This document shows, one piece after another, positions 14,454 to 20,000 of a stretch of DNA of 20,000 bases (its first letter is position 1; each line of letters begins with the position of its first letter). The notes under the pieces are model-generated. The model was given only the letters and a program-made list of their open reading frames with translations. It had not been told where the DNA came from and searched no databases. The DNA comes from Candidatus Lindowbacteria bacterium RIFCSPLOWO2_12_FULL_62_27 (lineage in GTDB: Bacteria > Lindowbacteria > 2-12-FULL-62-27). The stretch covers positions 170,536 to 190,535 of the forward strand of contig MFPR01000026.1 in the NCBI GenBank assembly GCA_001784175.1. The letters run 5' to 3'. The position numbers and the translations under genes are program-made.

Positions 14454-15620
14454 ATGAAATTTCTCAGATTCCTTGCCTGTATCACCGTTTTTGTCGCCTT
14501 GCCCGTGCGGGCGGCAGACGTTCCGGACGCGCGGGAGGTGATCCTGGTCGTCAACCGGGATTCCAACGACATTTCGTTCGTTTCCTCACAAACTCGGGAG
14601 GTCGTCGGAAAAGTGCATCTCGCCGACTGGGCCAACCCGCACATGGCGATGTTTACCATGGACGGACGTAAAATTGTCGCGTCTGGGACGCGGGCCAACA
14701 AGATTTTTATCATCGACTACGACAGCCAGAAGGTGACCTCGGTTATCGACGCCGACTTCGCTCCGGAGCACATGGACATTTCCCATGATAACCGCTTCGC
14801 GTACGTGGGGAACATCGAGGCCGGCACGGTGTCCGTAATCGATCTGGCGACCGAAAAAGAAGTCCGGCGCATTGAGGGCTTTGTCGAGCCGCACAACATC
14901 ACCTTCACGCCGGACGGCACGAAGGCTTACGTGGCCAACCTCGGCGCGCACTGGGTGGGTGTGATCGACGCCAAGCGGCACGAGCTGGTGAAACGTGTTA
15001 ACATCCCGCTCAATCTGCCGGTGACGCCGAACTCCGAGGAGCTTCTCGGTGAGATCGAGGGGATCATCAACGTGACGCTGACACGGGACGGGAAGTTCGG
15101 CTACGCCGCGGACATTTCGCTCGACGCCGTCGCCATCATCGACGCGCGGACGGATGAGCTCGTCAAGGTGATCCAGCTCCAGAACGGCGCCAAACCTTGG
15201 CGCGCATGGGCTAGCCACGACGGCAGGACGATGTGGGTCCCGAACAACGGCGACGAGACTGTATCGGTCTTCGACGCCGCCAAGCACGACGTCATCGCGA
15301 CGCTTGAGGCGGGGCCCGACATGACCGGCGTGAATTTCGGGAACGGCAAGGCCTATGTCATTTCGAGTTCGTCCGGGTTTGTCTATGTGTACGATCTCAA
15401 ATCGCTCCTGCCCAAGGGAAGAATTTTCATCGGGAAAAACGTGCAGCTCGAAACGGCTACGACCGATCCTTCCGGGCAGAAGCTCTACCTGTGCGAGTCG
15501 AGAAATCACTCGCTCTACGAGATCAACACCAGGACCGACAAAGCCGTGCAGATACCCGACGTCGGATTTTTTCCATGGGGCTCCCACATGCTCAACAGCC
15601 CCGATAACTATTGCCATTGA
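14454..15620 (+). CDS. Secreted YncE/YVTN-repeat beta-propeller protein
   Basis: AGGAGG RBS; signal peptide ending VRA; repeats such as FTPDGTKAYVAN, AYVGN..AGTVSVID and DETVSVFD; ends NYCH. Confidence 0.88.
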   Translation: MKFLRFLACITVFVALPVRAADVPDAREVILVVNRDSNDISFVSSQTREVVGKVHLADWANPHMAMFTMDGRKIVASGTRANKIFIIDYDSQKVTSVIDADFAPEHMDISHDNRFAYVGNIEAGTVSVIDLATEKEVRRIEGFVEPHNITFTPDGTKAYVANLGAHWVGVIDAKRHELVKRVNIPLNLPVTPNSEELLGEIEGIINVTLTRDGKFGYAADISLDAVAIIDARTDELVKVIQLQNGAKPWRAWASHDGRTMWVPNNGDETVSVFDAAKHDVIATLEAGPDMTGVNFGNGKAYVISSSSGFVYVYDLKSLLPKGRIFIGKNVQLETATTDPSGQKLYLCESRNHSLYEINTRTDKAVQIPDVGFFPWGSHMLNSPDNYCH

Positions 15621-15725
15621 ACAGGCGCTCCTCCGCGTCCCCGTTCCGCGGTGTTGCCCCCCTTTGCGCGCGGGATGTCGGGGTCGATTGGTTTCGGAGG
15701 GCGCACGAGGTAGGCTGACCGGCCG

Positions 15726-16676
15726 ATGGACAAGCCTTGGAAGGGAGGGACATGGCCAGCCATGTCCCTCCTGTTTTTTTCAGTGTTGCTCTTGATGCAT
15801 GCGGCTGCTCCACCGACGGCTTCGGCTGGGCTTTCCGCGTTCGAGGTTCGTAGAATCCGAAAGGCGCTGCGCTCGGCGGAGAGTGACAGCCGGGCCGTGG
15901 CGCCGGCGCAGAGTGAGGCGCCGCCTCCCGTATCGGTTCCGGGGGAGTCCGGCCTGGAATTCTACGTTTGTCCCATGCACGCTGATTTTCAAAGACGCGC
16001 GCCCGCGGTCTGCGCTGTCTGCGGCATGGTCCTCCAGCGCGGCCGGCACGCATGGACCGGCGCGGAGGCCGGCGCCGCCGCGTCCGTCGAAATCACATTG
16101 TCGCTCCTCCAGGCGGACCTGTTGACCCTGCGGTTCGCGGAGATCAGGCCTTTGAGAATCGAACGGTGGATCCGAACGTCCGCCGCGCGAGCAGGCGGTG
16201 GGCAGCTCGCAGGGACGCTGACAGGTCCGGACCGGGCGGCCCTTCGGCCCGGACTGCTCGTCCGGGCGTTTCCGATGAGGAGCCGCACGAGAGTTTTTTC
16301 CGGCCGGATCGAGACCGTTCAGCCTGCGGCTGCCGCCACCCGCTTTGCAATACGTCTGGCGGACGATTCCGACGACGCCGAAGTTTACGTGACCGAGATC
16401 ATCGTGAGTGAGGGGACGAAGCTTGCGATCCCGTCCGATGCGATCCTCTTCACCACGGACGGTTTGTTCGCGTTCAAGCGCGTCCGGGGCGACTCGGAAG
16501 CGATCACGATCTCGCAGGCGCCGGTGCGGATCGGCAGTCGTGGCGAGGTGTATTACGAAGTCCTCGACGGCCTGGAGGAGGGCGACGCGGTCGCCGTGTC
16601 CGGACTCTTCTTTCTGGACGCCGCGGTCAAATACGGGCGCGCGGGCGCCGCTTCGGCGGGACGGCTGGCCCGATGA
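15726..16676 (+). CDS. CusB-like periplasmic adaptor with heavy-metal-binding domain, internally shortened
   Basis: Hydrophobic N-terminus; YVCPMH...CAVCGMVL; C-terminal LAIPSDAIL...VRIG...EVLDGLEEGDAVAVSGLFFLDA; ATGA overlap with the RND gene. Start may be 15762. Confidence 0.82.
   Translation: MDKPWKGGTWPAMSLLFFSVLLLMHAAAPPTASAGLSAFEVRRIRKALRSAESDSRAVAPAQSEAPPPVSVPGESGLEFYVCPMHADFQRRAPAVCAVCGMVLQRGRHAWTGAEAGAAASVEITLSLLQADLLTLRFAEIRPLRIERWIRTSAARAGGGQLAGTLTGPDRAALRPGLLVRAFPMRSRTRVFSGRIETVQPAAAATRFAIRLADDSDDAEVYVTEIIVSEGTKLAIPSDAILFTTDGLFAFKRVRGDSEAITISQAPVRIGSRGEVYYEVLDGLEEGDAVAVSGLFFLDAAVKYGRAGAASAGRLAR
15744..15780 (+). terminator. Terminator-like hairpin at the start of the adaptor gene
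   Basis: GGAGGGACATGGC-CA-GCCATGTCCCTCC perfect inverted repeat followed by TG and T7. Confidence 0.6.
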
Positions 16677-19600
16677 TCGAACGAATCATCGTTCTTTCGG
16701 TGCGATTTCCCTTCCGCGTGATTTCCACTGTTCTGCTCCTGTGCGTCCTCACGGCGCTTGGTTTGAAGGATATGTCGTTCGACGCCCTGCCGGAGGTGAC
16801 GGACCCGCAGGTGATCGTTGAAGTTGTCTGGGAGGCGCCGACGGAACGGCTGGATCGGGAGGCGGCCGGGCCGGTTTCCCGGGCGATCCAGTCGATCACC
16901 GGTGTACGGACGGTTCGAACGTCTTCCGAAATGGGATACGCGTTTGTCTACGCCGTGCTGTCGGATGGCGCGGACCCCCGAGCCGTGCGCAGGGAGATCG
17001 AGCGGCGCCTGCCGGACATACGGGCCGGCATTCCGGCCGGCGCTCGGGTCCGGATCGGCCCGGACGCGTCGAGCGTCGGATGGATTTATCAGTACGCGCT
17101 TGTCGACCGAAGTTTCCGTCGGGATCTCAAGCAACTCTACGAACTGCAGACACGCCGCATCGCTCCCATCCTCGCGGCCGCACCCGGAGTGGCGGAGATC
17201 GCGGCCGTCGGTGGGCTGAAACGGCAGATACAAATTCATGTCTACCCGCCGCTCCTTGCACATTACCGTCTGTCGCTGTCGGCGGTGATTGATGGCATCC
17301 GCGCCGCGCTCGAAGATGCCGGTGGGCGGATGGTCGAAGTCTCAGGCCGTGACTTCCAGATCCGCGCGGTCACGCCTATGATGAGTCTCGATCAGCTCGA
17401 GATTGCGGTGATCGGGCGAAGTCCGGAGGGCAATCCGGTCCGGATTCAGGACATCGGTTTCATCCAGATCGCATTTGATCTCAGGCGCGGCATCGCCGAC
17501 CTCGACGGTGAGGGAGAAGTCGTCGGCGGGATCGTCGTCATGCGACAGGGCGAAAATGCGGTCAGGGTCCTGGCGGACGTCAAACGGTGTGTGGTGGAGG
17601 CCAAAAAAATATTGCCGGAAGGAGTCGAATGGAAGGTAGTCTATGACCGCTCGAATCTGGTTCACGAGGCGATTACGCAGATGGGCTGGACATTGTCGGA
17701 GGAATTGATCGCGGTCGCGATCGTCTGCGTCGTCTTCCTCATGCATGTCCGTTCGGCGCTGGTGCCGATCCTGATTTTGCCGGTCATCTGCTGGCTCCCG
17801 TTCCTGTTTCTGCGGCTCTTCGGGGTGGCGGTGCACGTTCCGGTACTGGCAGGAATTGCGATCGCGCTGGGCGAGATCGTCGACGCCGTGCTGGTGATGG
17901 TGGAAAACATTCACAGGAGTAGAGAGGAGGCGGGCGGCGATTCATCCGGGGAAACATCGATCGCGGACGCCCTGACGCAAGTCGGCCGTCCCCTCTTTTT
18001 CTCGCTTGCCATCATCCTTTTTTCGTTCCTGCCTGTGTTTCTGCTGGAGGCACAGGAAGGCCGGCTGTTCCGGCCGCTGGCGCTGGCCAAGACGTTTGCG
18101 ATGACGACATCCGTGATTCTGTCCATCACACTCGCCCCGGCCCTCATCGCACTGCTTCTTGGGCGTATTCGACCGACACCCGATGCGCGTGTTCCGGTGA
18201 GCCGCGCGCTCCACGCGCTGTACGCGCCGACGTTTCGGTGGGCCATGCGGCATCGGCGGGCGGTGGTCGGGCTGAATGTCCTGATGCTTGTTACGATCCC
18301 TTTCTGGTGGCGAATGGACAAAAGCTTCATGCCGCCGCTCGAGGAAGGTACGATCCTTTACATGCCCACCACGCTGCCGGGGTTGCCCCTCAAGGAGGCC
18401 GGCTGGGTCCTTCAAAAACAGGATCGACTCCTCCGGACATTTCCCGAAGTGGCGACGGTGTTCGGCAAAGCGGGCCGCGCCGAATCGCCTACGGATCCCG
18501 CACCGATCTCCATGATCGAAACCACGATCACGCTCAACCCCAAGTCGTCATGGCGGCAGGGAATGACACAAGAGAAGCTGATCGCTGGGATGGATCGTAC
18601 CATGCAGTTTCCCGGTTGGATCAATGCTTGGACACAGCCGATCCGCGGTAGGATGGATATGCTCGCCACGGGCGTGCGGACGGAGGTCGGCGTGGTTCTT
18701 CTCGCGGACGATCTGAATCTGATCGAAACCGCAGCCGTCAAGGCCGAGACGGTTCTCGCGGCAATCCCCCAAGTGCGGAACGTGTATGCGGAACGCACGA
18801 CCCGGGGATTTTTTCTGGACGTCCAATTCGACCGTAGGATGCTCTCCGGCCTCGGGCTGACGGAACGCGATGCCGCCGAGTACTTGCGCGTGGCATTGTC
18901 GGGCGCGGAAGTATCCCGATTTCGCGGCGGACCCTGGGACAGCCCTGCCCTTCAGGATGCCGACGATCCCGTCACCGTGCTCTTTGCGCGCGACTACGTC
19001 GACGAAATTCACAAGATCGAGGAACTGCCGGTGGTCCTGCCGGACGGCGGGACGGTTCCACTGTCGAGGCTCGGAACCGTGCGGTTGACGACCTCCCCGG
19101 CCGCGATCCGGCGTGAGAATGGCCGTTGGGCCGGATATGTCCACGCGGACGTTCCGGCCGACCACAGCGGCCGCGCAGTCGACGAGGCCCGCCGCAGACT
19201 TTCGGCGGAACTTCCACGAGACGTGCAATGTGAGATCGTTGGTCAATATCAATATCGAGACCGCGCGTACCGCCGCCTCGCGGTCGCACTCCCGGTCGTC
19301 CTCGTGATCATCTTGTACCTGCTCAAACTCGCGTTTCGCTCATGGATGGAAGCAACCATCCTGATGCTGTCGGTGCCGGCGGCGATGGCGGGCGGCGTTT
19401 TTTCCCAGGCGCTGGCTGGTTACCCGACGACGGTCGCCGTGCTGGTTGGGTATATCGCGCTCTACGCGGTCGCAGTCCAGACAGGCGTGGTGATGGTGGT
19501 CTTCCTGAAGGAGGCGCTGGACAGGTGCCGGCTCCAAGCGGGTCCGATCCTGTCAGTCGCGGACATCGAACAGGCTGTCTTCGAGGGCGCCGTACGGAGG

Positions 19601-19807
19601 CTCCGGCCAAAACTCATGACAGTCGCAACCACCCTGATCGGGTTTCTCCCGATTCTGTGGTCCGATGGCCCCGGCGCGGAAATGCTGCGGCATATCGCCG
19701 TCCCGATGATGGGTGGCATGGTGACCTCGACCTTTCACGTCCTTTATCTCACCCCTATCCTCTTCCTCTGGATGCGCCGTCGCGCATTACTATTGAGTTT
19801 CGCATAA
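16673..19807 (+). CDS. cusA: CusA/SilA-type heavy-metal RND transporter
   Basis: 1044 aa; GPDASSVGWIYQY; VDAVLVMVEN; the Cu(I)/Ag(I) Met triad equivalents in LYMPTTLPG, APISMIET and RMDMLATG; RLRPKLMT. Confidence 0.92.
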   Translation: MIERIIVLSVRFPFRVISTVLLLCVLTALGLKDMSFDALPEVTDPQVIVEVVWEAPTERLDREAAGPVSRAIQSITGVRTVRTSSEMGYAFVYAVLSDGADPRAVRREIERRLPDIRAGIPAGARVRIGPDASSVGWIYQYALVDRSFRRDLKQLYELQTRRIAPILAAAPGVAEIAAVGGLKRQIQIHVYPPLLAHYRLSLSAVIDGIRAALEDAGGRMVEVSGRDFQIRAVTPMMSLDQLEIAVIGRSPEGNPVRIQDIGFIQIAFDLRRGIADLDGEGEVVGGIVVMRQGENAVRVLADVKRCVVEAKKILPEGVEWKVVYDRSNLVHEAITQMGWTLSEELIAVAIVCVVFLMHVRSALVPILILPVICWLPFLFLRLFGVAVHVPVLAGIAIALGEIVDAVLVMVENIHRSREEAGGDSSGETSIADALTQVGRPLFFSLAIILFSFLPVFLLEAQEGRLFRPLALAKTFAMTTSVILSITLAPALIALLLGRIRPTPDARVPVSRALHALYAPTFRWAMRHRRAVVGLNVLMLVTIPFWWRMDKSFMPPLEEGTILYMPTTLPGLPLKEAGWVLQKQDRLLRTFPEVATVFGKAGRAESPTDPAPISMIETTITLNPKSSWRQGMTQEKLIAGMDRTMQFPGWINAWTQPIRGRMDMLATGVRTEVGVVLLADDLNLIETAAVKAETVLAAIPQVRNVYAERTTRGFFLDVQFDRRMLSGLGLTERDAAEYLRVALSGAEVSRFRGGPWDSPALQDADDPVTVLFARDYVDEIHKIEELPVVLPDGGTVPLSRLGTVRLTTSPAAIRRENGRWAGYVHADVPADHSGRAVDEARRRLSAELPRDVQCEIVGQYQYRDRAYRRLAVALPVVLVIILYLLKLAFRSWMEATILMLSVPAAMAGGVFSQALAGYPTTVAVLVGYIALYAVAVQTGVVMVVFLKEALDRCRLQAGPILSVADIEQAVFEGAVRRLRPKLMTVATTLIGFLPILWSDGPGAEMLRHIAVPMMGGMVTSTFHVLYLTPILFLWMRRRALLLSFA

Positions 19808-20000
19808 GTAATGGAACGCTCTACGATCTATCCCACGGGAGTTCCGAGGCGTGAATGCACGACCGCAGTCGGGTCTGGGAATTCTTGAGCCTCCGAATGG
19901 GGGACGTGTCCTTTCGGCAAGGATGAGTAAATCGGAATTTCTTACTGGCGCTACGGCTGTGGAGGGCGGGGGGATTCGGTCTGTGGGAGTGCGGCGGTGG

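Noticed and set aside
12725-14713. 662-aa minus-strand ORF
   Set aside because: Antisense shadow of the porin and propeller genes in high-GC DNA; no motifs, and it runs through the operator and tRNA fragment.
14586-19289. Several 100-340 aa minus-strand ORFs
   Set aside because: Antisense to well-supported propeller, adaptor and CusA genes; no recognisable domains.

Overview
The window has two parts. (1) Positions 1 to about 12790 are an integrated mobile element with every gene on the minus strand. From left to right it carries: the N-terminus of a tyrosine integrase (not in the ORF track because it runs off the left edge), an excisionase-like HTH gene, a second HTH gene, a T7/Twinkle-type primase-helicase, a phage-type replication initiator with internal repeats, a secreted cargo pair (927-aa Ig-repeat protein plus a fibre-like protein with a C-type-lectin-fold tip), a GIY-YIG nuclease behind a highly structured non-coding leader, several small element genes, and a second Xer-like tyrosine recombinase flanked by dif-like sites. 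The element ends at an isolated 5' half of tRNA-Leu(GAG) that breaks just after the anticodon loop. No capsid, terminase or conjugation genes are visible. (2) Positions 12900-19807 are a higher-GC, plus-strand metal-handling operon behind a perfect 7-1-7 palindrome: a porin with an N-terminal Cys/His motif, a YncE/YVTN beta-propeller, a CusB-like adaptor that appears to lack its lipoyl/alpha-hairpin domains, and a CusA-type RND transporter, with no TolC/CusC in view. The best candidates for something new are this apparently TolC-independent porin-RND system, the structured RNA switch ahead of the GIY-YIG gene, and the element's unusual 5'-half tRNA junction. All family assignments are by-eye motif recognition; no searches were run.
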